64,000 nucleotides of DNA, from contig CAVYYZ010000012.1 of the NCBI GenBank assembly GCA_963772835.1, positions 192,001 to 256,000 on the forward strand, in the 5' to 3' direction. A program made the position numbers and the translations under genes. The stretch is from an uncultured delta proteobacterium. Lineage in GTDB: Bacteria; Desulfobacterota; Desulfuromonadia; Geobacterales; Pseudopelobacteraceae. This document shows positions 37,029-46,482 of the stretch, in pieces (position 1 is the first letter of the stretch; each line of letters opens with the position of its first letter). The notes under the pieces are model-generated. The model had not been told where the DNA came from. It made no database searches and saw only the letters and a list, made by a program, of their open reading frames with translations.

Positions 37029-39533
37029 ATGGAAACTCAATTCACTTCTGATTGCCGCGCCATGATGCGCCACGAAATTACCACCGCCAAAGGGAACGAG
37101 GTCTTCTTCATCGGCCGCACCAACGTGGACGGAGTCGTCTACGAAGCTGAAGCCATAGCACGCGGCAACAAGGTGGCCGTTCCTGCCATCATCTCCCGGG
37201 CCTCCGGCGGCGACGTCGTTATTCACAACCACCCCACCGGCGACCTTACCCCTTCTTCCGCCGATATGGACATCGCCTCGGTCTGCGGCAATCAGGGGAT
37301 CGGTTTTGCCATCATCGATAACAGTTGCGTCCGCTGTTATCAGGTAGTTTCCCCGCATATTGAAAAAAAAGGGGAGCTGCTTTCTCTGGAGGAGATCGGC
37401 CGCGTTTTTGCCAAAGACGGCATGATGGCCCACCTCAAGGGTTTTGAACAACGGGATGAACAGGTGAGAATGGCTTTTGCCGTAGCCGAAGCCTTCAACC
37501 GGGACCGGGTGGTACTGGTCGAGGCAGGCACCGGAACCGGCAAATCGCTGGCGTACCTGATACCGGCGATTCTCTGGGCAGTACGGAATAATGAACGGAT
37601 TGTGGTCTCCACAAACACCATCAACCTTCAGGAACAGCTGATCAGAAAAGACCTTCCATTCCTGGCCCGCAACTCCGCCATTGAGTTCAAAGCTGTTCTG
37701 GTCAAGGGGCGCAGCAACTATGCCTGTCTGCGCAAACTTGAGCATGCCGAGGCTGAGCCGGCGCTTTTTCCCGATGAATCATCGGCCGAACTGACCACTA
37801 TCATAGAATGGAGCAAAGGATGCAAGGACGGCTGCCGCAGCGACCTGGCCTTTACGCCTCACGCCGGCACCTGGGAAGAGATCTGCTGCGAAGCGGACCA
37901 GTGCAGCCGCTCCAAATGCAAACACTTCAACCGCTGCTTTTTTTACCGGGCCAGGCGCGACTCATCGGCCGCGCGGGTACTGGTAGTCAACCACGCCCTG
38001 CTGCTCTCTGACATCGTCCTCCGCAAAGAGACCGGTTACGATGCCACCGCAATCCTCCCCCCTTTTACCCGTCTGATCTTCGACGAAGGGCACCATCTGG
38101 AAGACGTCGCCACCAGCCATCTGTCGCTGACGATCGCCCGCAGCGGGATCCTCAAGCAGCTGCAGCGTCTGGTGCCTCATAAAGCCGGCCGGGCAGGGCT
38201 GCTGACGATTATCTCCTCCCGTATCACCCGTGATCTGCCGGAATCGCAGGAAGGGCTTTATGCCGAGCTTTCGGGACTGTTGGAAAGCCACCTTCTTCCC
38301 AAGGCACATGATCTGGCAGGAACCACGGAACAGACCATGGATTGGCTGGCGATCAGCGTAGAACACGGAGCGGGGGGCATCGCCGGGCGGGAGCAGAAAC
38401 TGCGGATTACCCCTGAGGTGGAGCGAACACCCTTCTGGCAGGAGTGCCGTCAGCGGCTGCACGCTCTGTCGGATGCCGTAAATGACTATACCGCGGCGCT
38501 GCGCACGTTCGTACGACGTTCGAAGGATCTTCCGGAGAAGCTGCAGGAAAAACTGGCGGACCAGTTGCTCGATACGAGCGGCATTGAAGCGCGGCTGCAG
38601 GGAATGGCCGATGCACTGCTGTTTTTCACGACCGAAGCCGAAGGGTACTGCCGCTGGATAGAGACCAAGCGGGGCAATCGGGGCGTTCAGGCCCGGCTCA
38701 CCGCCGCACCGCTCGACATTTCGGACCAACTCAAGGAAACTGTCCTCGATCGGCTCAAGACCATCATCGTCACCTCCGCCACGCTGACGGTGGGAGGGGA
38801 ATTCGGCTATCTTAAAAAAAGAACCGGTTTCGCCCTGCTCCCCAAAGAGCGTCTGTCGGAATTGCTGCTGGCATCGCCGTTTGACTATGCCCGCCAGGTT
38901 TTTGTAGCCATACCGGAGGAGATGGCGGAGCCGACGGCACCCGGCTACCGGGAGGCACTTGAGAGCCATATCATCAGAGCGGTCACGATCTCACGAGGAG
39001 GCGCCTTTATCCTCTTCACCTCCTACGATCTTCTCAACCGTGTGTACCAGGCTCTGTCACCAGCACTGGCCCGCCTTGGGCTGACCGCACTCAAACAGGG
39101 AGAAACCGGGCGCCACGCGCTGCTGACACAATTCCGCTCGGAGGGAAATGCTGTGCTGTTCGGCACCGATTCGTTCTGGGAGGGAGTTGATGTCAAGGGA
39201 GAGGCGCTGAGACTGGTGATCATCGCCCGGCTCCCGTTTCAAGTGCCGACCGAGCCGGTTCAACAGGCCCGCGCCGAGAAGATCAAGGCTGACGGCGGTG
39301 ACCCGTTTCGCGATTTTTCCGTGCCACAGGCGGTCATCAAATTCCGGCAGGGTTTCGGGCGCCTTATCCGCAGCCGCGATGACCGCGGAGCGGTGTTGAT
39401 TCTCGACCGACGCGTGCTCAACAAGAGTTACGGCAGGATCTTCCTCCGTTCGCTGCCGGACACGGAAATTATCAGGGGGGATTCGGCGGATATATTCAGA
39501 AGGATGGAGGAGTTTTTCCAAGTGGACAAGTAA
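37029..39533 (+). CDS. DinG/YoaA-family Fe-S helicase with N-terminal JAB/RadC-like domain
   Basis: EAGTGTGKS, KGRSNYAC, Cys cluster, DEGH, TSATL, FWEGVD, QGFGRLIR; N-terminal HNHPTGDLTPSSAD. Confidence 0.9.
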   Translation: METQFTSDCRAMMRHEITTAKGNEVFFIGRTNVDGVVYEAEAIARGNKVAVPAIISRASGGDVVIHNHPTGDLTPSSADMDIASVCGNQGIGFAIIDNSCVRCYQVVSPHIEKKGELLSLEEIGRVFAKDGMMAHLKGFEQRDEQVRMAFAVAEAFNRDRVVLVEAGTGTGKSLAYLIPAILWAVRNNERIVVSTNTINLQEQLIRKDLPFLARNSAIEFKAVLVKGRSNYACLRKLEHAEAEPALFPDESSAELTTIIEWSKGCKDGCRSDLAFTPHAGTWEEICCEADQCSRSKCKHFNRCFFYRARRDSSAARVLVVNHALLLSDIVLRKETGYDATAILPPFTRLIFDEGHHLEDVATSHLSLTIARSGILKQLQRLVPHKAGRAGLLTIISSRITRDLPESQEGLYAELSGLLESHLLPKAHDLAGTTEQTMDWLAISVEHGAGGIAGREQKLRITPEVERTPFWQECRQRLHALSDAVNDYTAALRTFVRRSKDLPEKLQEKLADQLLDTSGIEARLQGMADALLFFTTEAEGYCRWIETKRGNRGVQARLTAAPLDISDQLKETVLDRLKTIIVTSATLTVGGEFGYLKKRTGFALLPKERLSELLLASPFDYARQVFVAIPEEMAEPTAPGYREALESHIIRAVTISRGGAFILFTSYDLLNRVYQALSPALARLGLTALKQGETGRHALLTQFRSEGNAVLFGTDSFWEGVDVKGEALRLVIIARLPFQVPTEPVQQARAEKIKADGGDPFRDFSVPQAVIKFRQGFGRLIRSRDDRGAVLILDRRVLNKSYGRIFLRSLPDTEIIRGDSADIFRRMEEFFQVDK

Positions 39534-39553
39534 AATTCAAAAAGCAGATCTCT

Positions 39554-39680
39554 ACCACGAGGGCACGAAGATCACGAAGAAAACAACTACTCTAAAAAAT
39601 ATGGCTGAAAATGAACTCCGTCCGATGAGGGTTTTCAGCCTCCGTTTTCAAAAACTTCGTGTCCTCCGTGCCTTCGTGGT
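39554..39680. repeat. Nested imperfect inverted repeat with 9-nt-period CACGAAG units (MITE/REP-like; possible bidirectional terminator)
   Basis: 26-nt arms 39554-39579 and 39655-39680 pair at 22/26; inner 9-bp stem GGCTGAAAA/TTTTCAGCC; lies between convergent genes. Confidence 0.65.
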
Positions 39681-39693
39681 GAATAATGTTTCG

Positions 39694-40182
39694 TCAGGTT
39701 AAAGACTTCATCCGTTTTTTTGCGCTGAAATTGAAACACTGGAAATACATCAGGCAGGTCAGCAGAAACGAGAAGATTGTGGTGGCGAGAACCGGTATTG
39801 CGCCTACCGACTTTTTTACGTCCGGAACAAGCGTAACAAAAACCATATAGAAAGCCACGCCGCAGAATTTCCACAAATCACCGACCAAACGTTTTTTACG
39901 CAGAGCTGCGGTCATTTCGATTGATAATTTTGGCTGGCTCCCTTCGATTTCAACACCTGCGTCACGCCAGGCCAGACGATAAACCGGGTAAAGAATCAGC
40001 AGCTGGACAGCGATGGCAGTAACAATACTGCTGATAAACTGCTCCGGCTTGTGAAGAGCGGCAAACCCACTCTGGAAAATTATCGCCACGACAATCAGCA
40101 TCCCGGTAATTATTGTCTGAACGATACGATAAATCATCATCTGCCGGTTAAGTTTTTTGAAATCGTTACTGGCCATTGACAT
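39694..40182 (-). CDS. Hypothetical 4-TM membrane protein
   Basis: 162-aa ORF with four hydrophobic segments; SD-like GGAG upstream. Confidence 0.75.
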   Translation of the reverse strand: MSMASNDFKKLNRQMMIYRIVQTIITGMLIVVAIIFQSGFAALHKPEQFISSIVTAIAVQLLILYPVYRLAWRDAGVEIEGSQPKLSIEMTAALRKKRLVGDLWKFCGVAFYMVFVTLVPDVKKSVGAIPVLATTIFSFLLTCLMYFQCFNFSAKKRMKSLT

Positions 40183-40330
40183 ACACTCCGCAAGGTATTT
40201 ATAAGTAAGCTTGAACAGATCGCGAATGTAGCAGAAAGCGTCAGTTTGTACAAGCGGCCGAAAGAGAACTCCTCTATACTGCCGGCAGCATCACATCCAG
40301 CTGTCGCCCGGCAGCAGTGTCTGCCACAAG

Positions 40331-41278
40331 GTGTCTGAAATAATGAATATTCTTCGCCGTATATTCCATCCTATCATGGCCCTGATCGCCATTCAGCTTG
40401 TCTGGATCACCCTTGTCGTGTTCTGGATCTACTGGTTTATCGGTAAGCACAACGAGTTGCGCCAGTTGGCCGAAAAATATCGCCCCGAGCTGCTCGGGCA
40501 GGGAGCAAACTGGCCGGTCATGGTAGAAGGTTTGGTCATGCTGGTTCTTATCCTGATCGGCGTGTATGTTATCTTTGTCTACTGGAACCGCCAATCAAAC
40601 CTGTATCTTCAGCAGCGCAACATTATTTCCCAGGTGACCCATGAGCTGAAATCCCCGCTCGCTTCCATACAGCTCCACCTTGAGACAATCCGCCTGAGAA
40701 GACCGTCTGAGGAGCGTCTTGATTCTTTCGTCGGCACCATGCTGGCAGACACCGACCGGCTTCATTATCTGATAAATAATCTTCTGATGGCCGCACGACT
40801 CGAACAGCGGCGCAAGCAATCCGAACGACGACTGACCGATGTATCGCAATTGTTGGAAGAGCACGTCGAGCGGGAACGGACCACATTGCCGCAAGGGGGA
40901 AGTATTTCATTCGAATCCGTCGCCGGACTGAAGGCTCTGGTCGACCCGGAAGAGATGAGTATGGTGGTGCGCAACCTGCTTGAGAATGCAGTGCTCTATT
41001 CTCCCCAAAGTCCGGACATATCGGTCCGGCTGGTCAGGGCGGGGGGATGGCTGCATCTTTCGGTACAGGATCAGGGGCGGGGACTTGACAGGAAAGAGCT
41101 GAAAAAAGTGTTTGACAGGTTCTATCGGGTCCAGCCGCCGGGAGGCAATGTACGGGGCACAGGGCTCGGCCTCTACATCGTGGAATCAGTGATAACCGGG
41201 TATGGCGGGACAGTCGGCGTGACAAGCGCCGGGACGGGTAAAGGTTGCACGTTTACGGTAAAATTTCCTGCGTCATGA
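40331..41278 (+). CDS. Sensor histidine kinase
   Basis: Two TMs, H-box THELKSPL, NLLENA, DQGRG, FDRFYR, GTGLGL. Confidence 0.95.
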   Translation: MSEIMNILRRIFHPIMALIAIQLVWITLVVFWIYWFIGKHNELRQLAEKYRPELLGQGANWPVMVEGLVMLVLILIGVYVIFVYWNRQSNLYLQQRNIISQVTHELKSPLASIQLHLETIRLRRPSEERLDSFVGTMLADTDRLHYLINNLLMAARLEQRRKQSERRLTDVSQLLEEHVERERTTLPQGGSISFESVAGLKALVDPEEMSMVVRNLLENAVLYSPQSPDISVRLVRAGGWLHLSVQDQGRGLDRKELKKVFDRFYRVQPPGGNVRGTGLGLYIVESVITGYGGTVGVTSAGTGKGCTFTVKFPAS

Positions 41279-41288
41279 GGCGACTGCG

Positions 41289-41996
41289 ATGACTGACGAT
41301 AAACCACATATCATGCTGGTTGAAGACGAAATCCATCTGGCGCGCGGCATCTGCTTCAATCTGGAGGAAGAGGGGCATAGGGTCAGCCATTTTGAAACCG
41401 CCGAGCGGGCTCTCGCCACTCTCGAAATTGAGCGGTTTGACCTGGTTATTCTGGATGTCATGCTCCCCGGAATGGATGGTTTTCAAGCGTGCCGTGCCAT
41501 CAGGGCTGTTGACCCTCGAGTCCCTATTCTGATGCTGACAGCCCGCTCCGAAGATGCCGACCGGGTCGAGGGGCTGGAAAACGGAGCCGATGATTACCTG
41601 ACCAAACCGTTCAATCTTGTGGAATTTCTGCTGCGGGTCAAGGGGATGCTGCGTCGATCTTCATGGTATCGGCCGGACCCGGTTGAGGAAGGGTACCGTT
41701 TTGGCGACAACGAGGTTTTTCTGCTTTCGTACCGGGCCAGAACGGCTCAGGGGGAGATTGACCTGACAGAGATGGAAGTTCGCGTACTGTCCCTTTTTTT
41801 CCAGAAAGAAGGACAGGCCGTTCATCGCAGCGATCTGCTGCACTCCGTCTGGGGGTACAGCAGCGACACCGAAACCAGAACCCTCGATAATTTCATCGTC
41901 CGGCTCCGGAAATATTTTGAACCGGACCCTTCACATCCGAAGCATTTTCAGACGGTGCGCGGCGTCGGATATCGATTCAGCCGTGAAGGGGAGTAA
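41289..41996 (+). CDS. OmpR-family response regulator
   Basis: LVEDE, LDVMLPGMDG, GADDYLTKPF, TVRGVGYRF. Confidence 0.96.
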   Translation: MTDDKPHIMLVEDEIHLARGICFNLEEEGHRVSHFETAERALATLEIERFDLVILDVMLPGMDGFQACRAIRAVDPRVPILMLTARSEDADRVEGLENGADDYLTKPFNLVEFLLRVKGMLRRSSWYRPDPVEEGYRFGDNEVFLLSYRARTAQGEIDLTEMEVRVLSLFFQKEGQAVHRSDLLHSVWGYSSDTETRTLDNFIVRLRKYFEPDPSHPKHFQTVRGVGYRFSREGE

Positions 41997-42239
41997 GCGG
42001 TGGTAAAATGCGGGAAGGCGCGCATGAGAAGACAGCAGTTTGTTAACGGCTCCATCTCGACTTTGCAGTTGCATTTAGAGTGAGTGGGAGGTATACGTTA
42101 ACCCGTTTTTATGTTATTTTTTCATCTTCCGGGGGAGGGTATCTTGATTGAGGACATCCGACAATCGGGATCAAGCTGGCCGTTCATGTCGTCATAGAGA
42201 CGGTTGAACGGTTTTTTTGTTTTTTGGTGAGGTGGCTTT

Positions 42240-42355
42240 ATGTTGAAGGATATGAAAGCACACACCCACCTGAAGCCCGGGCAGAAGGGTACCAGACGTC
42301 TGGTGGAACAGTTCGGAGACAAGCTCATCTGCGTCCGGTATCGCTATGATGCAAT
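42240..42355 (+). pseudogene. Truncated small gene (LKPGQKGT...CVRYRYD family) interrupted at an attC-like site
   Basis: Good SD (TGAGG) and protein-like sequence up to RYRYD; the rest of the 69-aa ORF simply reads through the attC hairpin. Family recognition is from memory. Confidence 0.5.
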
Positions 42356-42426
42356 ATTCAACCAACGGCAGCACCGGTCAGCGGGAAAAAGCCCCCGCCG
42401 AGCCGGTGTGCCTTATCACGTTGGAC
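42356..42426 (+). mobile_element. Integron attC-like recombination site
   Basis: R'' ATTCAAC (RYYYAAC) and R' GTTGGAC (GTTRRRY); L boxes GGCAGCACCGG / CCGGTGTGCC pair with one extra base; inner stem TCAGCGGG/CCCGCCGA; 71 bp. Confidence 0.72.
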
Positions 42427-42429
42427 AAG

Positions 42430-42831
42430 CTAGGCAAGCCAATCCATAATATTAAGGGGGTGAATACGTACAAATTCTCGGGCGTTATTTGTAATTAGCG
42501 GAATTCCTAACGAAACGGCATGAGCAGCAATCAGCATATCCATAGAACCAATTGGTGTACCTGCTTTTTCAAGCGTAGCTCGAATATCGCCATAAACGTG
42601 AGCTGATTCTTCATCGAACGAAACAACTTCTAAAGGTGTAATGAACTCATCAAGAGCTTTGGCATTTTTTTCTTGATGTGTACTCTTGGCAACTCCATAG
42701 CGTAGTTCTGAAAGCGTAATGGAAGAAATACCTATATCGCCGATCTGATATTCAAGAAAACGCTTTAGCACGGCAGCTGGCTGTTGCTTGATAATGTAAA
42801 TGCAGATATTTGTGTCGAGCATCAGCTTCAT
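42430..42831 (-). CDS. vapC: VapC PIN-domain toxin
   Basis: MLDTNICI, ITLSELRYG, PIGSMDMLIAAHA, LITNNAREF. Confidence 0.95.
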   Translation of the reverse strand: MKLMLDTNICIYIIKQQPAAVLKRFLEYQIGDIGISSITLSELRYGVAKSTHQEKNAKALDEFITPLEVVSFDEESAHVYGDIRATLEKAGTPIGSMDMLIAAHAVSLGIPLITNNAREFVRIHPLNIMDWLA

Positions 42832-43058
42832 CAGAAACTCTCCCGCTTATCCAATTCTGGCTGGACACGATCAACCATGAAGTCGCTGGAAAACTTTTTA
42901 AGACTTCTAAATAAGGAATTCCATGAATCGCTCCGGGGAATCAACTGTACAACATTGCCGGTCTTTTTAATGAATACTTCACTGTCATCAAAACGAAACT
43001 CTTTGGGCAGTCTGACTGCCTGGCTTTGCCCATTTTGAAATAATTTTGCAGTTTTCAT
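42831..43058 (-). CDS. vapB: VapB (AbrB/VagC-type) antitoxin
   Basis: [23 protein letters not shown]; overlaps the vapC start. Confidence 0.95.
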   Translation of the reverse strand: MKTAKLFQNGQSQAVRLPKEFRFDDSEVFIKKTGNVVQLIPRSDSWNSLFRSLKKFSSDFMVDRVQPELDKRESF

Positions 43059-43074
43059 GATCTACCTCCGAAAT

Positions 43075-43116
43075 AATATATACTGTAAATATATATTCCT
43101 TGCTTTGCATTTGCAA
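43075..43116 (-). promoter_or_regulatory. vapBC promoter with overlapping palindromic operator
   Basis: Minus strand TTGCAA-17 nt-TATATT; inverted repeat AATATATA-N7-TATATATT at 43075-43097 overlaps the -10. Confidence 0.65.
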
Positions 43117-43134
43117 GAAGAACCTTCGAATAGA

Positions 43135-43180
43135 ATAAGGGGGCAGGCACCTAATTGAGTAATTGGTGCCTGCCCCTTAT
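43135..43180. terminator. Long GC-rich hairpin (REP-like), probable terminator of acnA
   Basis: ATAAGGGGGCAGGCACCTAATT-GAGT-AATTGGTGCCTGCCCCTTAT, 45 nt downstream of the acnA stop. Confidence 0.6.
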
Positions 43181-43225
43181 AGCTTCCCAAGCATCTTGAG
43201 GTACGAGTGACTTAGCGGGATAGTA

Positions 43226-45889
43226 TTAACCCGTCACAAATCTGCTCAACACGTACGGTAGAATCCCCCCCGCCCGGTAATAGGCGACTTCATTGGCCGT
43301 ATCAAGGAGGCAGCGCACGGAGATCGGCTCGTTACGTCCGTCCTGACGATGAATGACCGCGGTAAAGATCCGGCCGGTCAGCTGGTCACCTTCCGGATGG
43401 ATCAGTTCCACGATTTCACTGCCGTCCAGCGCCAGAGACAATCTCGTCTCACCTCCCATAAACTGCAGCGGCAGTATCCCCATTCCGATCAGGTTGGAAC
43501 GGTGAATCCGCTCATAACTCTCGGCGATAACAGCCGAGACACCCAGCAGCAGCGGCCCCTTGGCTGCCCAGTCACGGCTCGATCCGGAGCCGTATTCTTT
43601 TCCGGCTATGATCAGCAGCGGTACACCCTCCTGCTGATAGCGCATGGCGGCATCATAGATCGACAGTTCGTCACCTCCGGGGAAATGCCGCGTATATCCC
43701 CCTTCACGCTGCGGCACGATTTCATTGCGCAGGCGGATATTGGCAAACGTGCCGCGCATCATGACTTCGTGGTTGCCACGCCGCGATCCGTAGGAGTTAA
43801 AATCACTCACGGCGACCCCCTGTTGCTGAAGGTACCTGCCGGCAGGGCTTTCGGGACGAATGGAGCCTGCGGGTGAGATATGATCCGTGGTAATGGAATC
43901 ACCCAGCAGGGCCAGAATCCGCATGTTCCCGGGAAGAGGCTGCTCTTCACCGGACCGCTGCCCCTGAAAAAACGGGGGTTCTTTGACGTAGGTTGAATCC
44001 GGCTGCCAGGGGTAGGTGGCGGTATCGCCAATCGGCAGCTGCTTCCATTCGGGCGTGCCGGTATAGACATCAGCATATCCCTCACTGAATATTTCCGGAT
44101 CGATTCTGCTCTGCAGTGCCGATATCTCGGCCTGTGACGGCCAGATATCGCTCAGATACACCGGTTGAGCGTCGTGTCCGATCCCGAGCGGCTGACTGGT
44201 CAGGTCGATCCGTGTCGTTCCGGCCAGAGCAAATGCCACGACCAGGGGAGGGGAGGCCAGCCAGCTCGCCTTGACCAACGGGTGAATACGCCCTTCAAAA
44301 TTACGGTTGCCGGACAGAAGCGCCGCTACGGCGAGATTTCCTTTCTGTACAGCCGCATCAACCGGTTCCGGGAGTGGACCGGAATTCCCGATGCAGGTCG
44401 TACAACCGTAGCCGACCAGATCGAAGCCGAGCTGAACCAGTGAATCATAGAGCCCCGACAGCTGCAGATACTTCATCACAACCGTTGAACCGGGTGCCAG
44501 AGAGGTCTTAACCCACGGTTTGACGGTCAACCCCGCAGTCACCGCTTTTTGTGCCAGCAGACCGGCAGCCAGCATGACACCGGGGTTGGATGTGTTGGTG
44601 CATGATGTGATTGCGGCAATAACAACCGCTCCATGCGCCAGCCCCGCGTTGAACTCTTTTATCGGCACCTGCAGGTTCTCTTCTCCGGCCGGGAACGTTG
44701 CATTTGCCGCCCCGGGCAGATCGGCCAGCGGCACCCGGTCCTGGGGCCGGCGCGGGCCGGCAAGGCAGGGGACAACCGTGCCGAGGTCGAGCGATACGAC
44801 CTGGCTGAAGAGCGGCTCCTGCGACCCTGAGTCGCGCCACAAACCCTGCGCCCGGCAATAGGCTTCAACCAGGTCTATTGTCCGGGAATCACGGCCGGTA
44901 AAGCGCAGATACCGGATAGTTTCAGAGTCCACAGGAAAGAATCCACAGGTCGCGCCGTATTCAGGGGCCATATTGGCAATTGTCGCCCGATCGGCCAGCG
45001 GAAGAGAGTCAAGACCCTTCCCGAAGAATTCAACGAACTTGCCGACCACACCGGATTTACGGAGCATTTCCGTAATCGTCAGCACCAGATCGGTCGCTGT
45101 TACACCCGGCCTGAGATCCCCCTCAAGACGCACGCCGACCACTTCCGGAATCAGCATCGACACCGCCTGACCCAGCATTGCAGCTTCAGCCTCGATTCCG
45201 CCCACCCCCCAGCCAAGAACGCCGAGCCCATTTATCATGGTTGTATGACTATCGGTTCCCAGCAGGGTATCGGGATATGCAACCGGATCATGCGAACCAT
45301 TCAGATCATGCCAGACAACCTTTGCCAGAAACTCCAGGTTCACCTGGTGACAGATGCCGGTCCCGGGCGGAACGACCCGGAAGTTATGCAGTGCATTCTG
45401 CCCCCAGCGCAGAAATGCATATCGTTCCCGGTTGCGCTGCATTTCACATGCGACATTGGTAGTGAAGGCATCAGGGCTGCCGTAGCTGTCAACCTGCACA
45501 GAGTGATCGATGACCAGATCCACCGGGATCATCGGGTTGATCGATGTCGGATCCCCCCCGGAACGCGTAACGGCATCTCTCAGAGCGGCAAGATCGGCCA
45601 CCGCCGGGACGCCGGTAAAATCCTGCATCAGCACCCGACCGGGGCTGAAGGCGATTTCACGGGAGGATGATCGTGTATCCAGCCATTCCCCAAAGGCTTT
45701 GATGTCATCAATAGTTACGGTCACGCCGTCTTCATGGCGCAACAGATTTTCAAGCAGAATCTTCAGAGAAAAAGGAAGCCGCGATACATCGCCGATGCCG
45801 GCCGGTTCAAGGGCGGCGATTTCGTACATGCGGTAGGAGCGGTCATTTACAACAAGCGGACGGGCCGATTTATATGAGTCGATAGACAT
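43226..45889 (-). CDS. acnA: Aconitate hydratase A
   Basis: LMQDFTGVPA, DHSVQVD, GTDSHT, AITSCTNTSNP, GCTTCIGNSG, TTDHISPAG, GSSRDWAAKG. Confidence 0.97.
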   Translation of the reverse strand: MSIDSYKSARPLVVNDRSYRMYEIAALEPAGIGDVSRLPFSLKILLENLLRHEDGVTVTIDDIKAFGEWLDTRSSSREIAFSPGRVLMQDFTGVPAVADLAALRDAVTRSGGDPTSINPMIPVDLVIDHSVQVDSYGSPDAFTTNVACEMQRNRERYAFLRWGQNALHNFRVVPPGTGICHQVNLEFLAKVVWHDLNGSHDPVAYPDTLLGTDSHTTMINGLGVLGWGVGGIEAEAAMLGQAVSMLIPEVVGVRLEGDLRPGVTATDLVLTITEMLRKSGVVGKFVEFFGKGLDSLPLADRATIANMAPEYGATCGFFPVDSETIRYLRFTGRDSRTIDLVEAYCRAQGLWRDSGSQEPLFSQVVSLDLGTVVPCLAGPRRPQDRVPLADLPGAANATFPAGEENLQVPIKEFNAGLAHGAVVIAAITSCTNTSNPGVMLAAGLLAQKAVTAGLTVKPWVKTSLAPGSTVVMKYLQLSGLYDSLVQLGFDLVGYGCTTCIGNSGPLPEPVDAAVQKGNLAVAALLSGNRNFEGRIHPLVKASWLASPPLVVAFALAGTTRIDLTSQPLGIGHDAQPVYLSDIWPSQAEISALQSRIDPEIFSEGYADVYTGTPEWKQLPIGDTATYPWQPDSTYVKEPPFFQGQRSGEEQPLPGNMRILALLGDSITTDHISPAGSIRPESPAGRYLQQQGVAVSDFNSYGSRRGNHEVMMRGTFANIRLRNEIVPQREGGYTRHFPGGDELSIYDAAMRYQQEGVPLLIIAGKEYGSGSSRDWAAKGPLLLGVSAVIAESYERIHRSNLIGMGILPLQFMGGETRLSLALDGSEIVELIHPEGDQLTGRIFTAVIHRQDGRNEPISVRCLLDTANEVAYYRAGGILPYVLSRFVTG

Positions 45890-46082
45890 ATCGGTCTCCT
45901 TCGAACGGAGGTGATGTACAGCCGGATGCTGCCCGTATCGGCCTTAAAAAGAATACGGACTTTAACTCTGATATTCTCTGCACGATGATTCAGAAAATAT
46001 CTTCTGACATGCTAATCCGCAAGGGGGAGTGCGTTCACGGTTCCACCCTCCTGCAAAAGCCGCAGACGATACACCTGACTTA

Positions 46083-46415
46083 CTAATGATGAAAACGTCC
46101 TTTACGATCCTTATGCGCCAGCGTAGGAGCTTTGTGGCAGTCAAAACAGGCCTTTTCCTCAACCTTTTTAGAATCAAGCGGCGACTGTTGCCCCCCTAAG
46201 GAAGGCTGGTTGTATTCGGGGGTCTGAAAAGGGAGCCGCCCTCGTTCGTCGGATACAGTAGCAGCCTTGTACGTCGCCTGCCAGTTGGCGCTGATCGCTA
46301 CAGTGTGACACTGGTCGCAGCCGCCGGGAGGGGGAATGCTTTTCCAGGCGGTGAACATGGCACATCCGCTGATTATGAAAACAGAGCCGGATAGCAGTAT
46401 AAGGGCATATTTCAT
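46083..46415 (-). CDS. Dihaem c-type cytochrome lipoprotein
   Basis: CDQCH and CFDCH; lipobox-like ISGC after the hydrophobic N-terminus; SD AGGAG before ATG 46415. Confidence 0.85.
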   Translation of the reverse strand: MKYALILLSGSVFIISGCAMFTAWKSIPPPGGCDQCHTVAISANWQATYKAATVSDERGRLPFQTPEYNQPSLGGQQSPLDSKKVEEKACFDCHKAPTLAHKDRKGRFHH

Positions 46416-46482
46416 CGAGTCGCTCCTGTGGGAAGAGATGCAGTCGTGTAGATAGTAGCACACAATCGGCCAAAATAAAGCT

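Noticed and set aside
33008..38969. Long antisense ORFs (33008..33979, 37020..37745, 37962..38969)
   Set aside because: They lie opposite glnE and dinG and show no recognisable motifs.
42060..42125. attI site or Pc-like promoter upstream of the truncated gene
   Set aside because: Only GTT triplets and a weak TTGCAT-17-TATACG; no adjacent intI.
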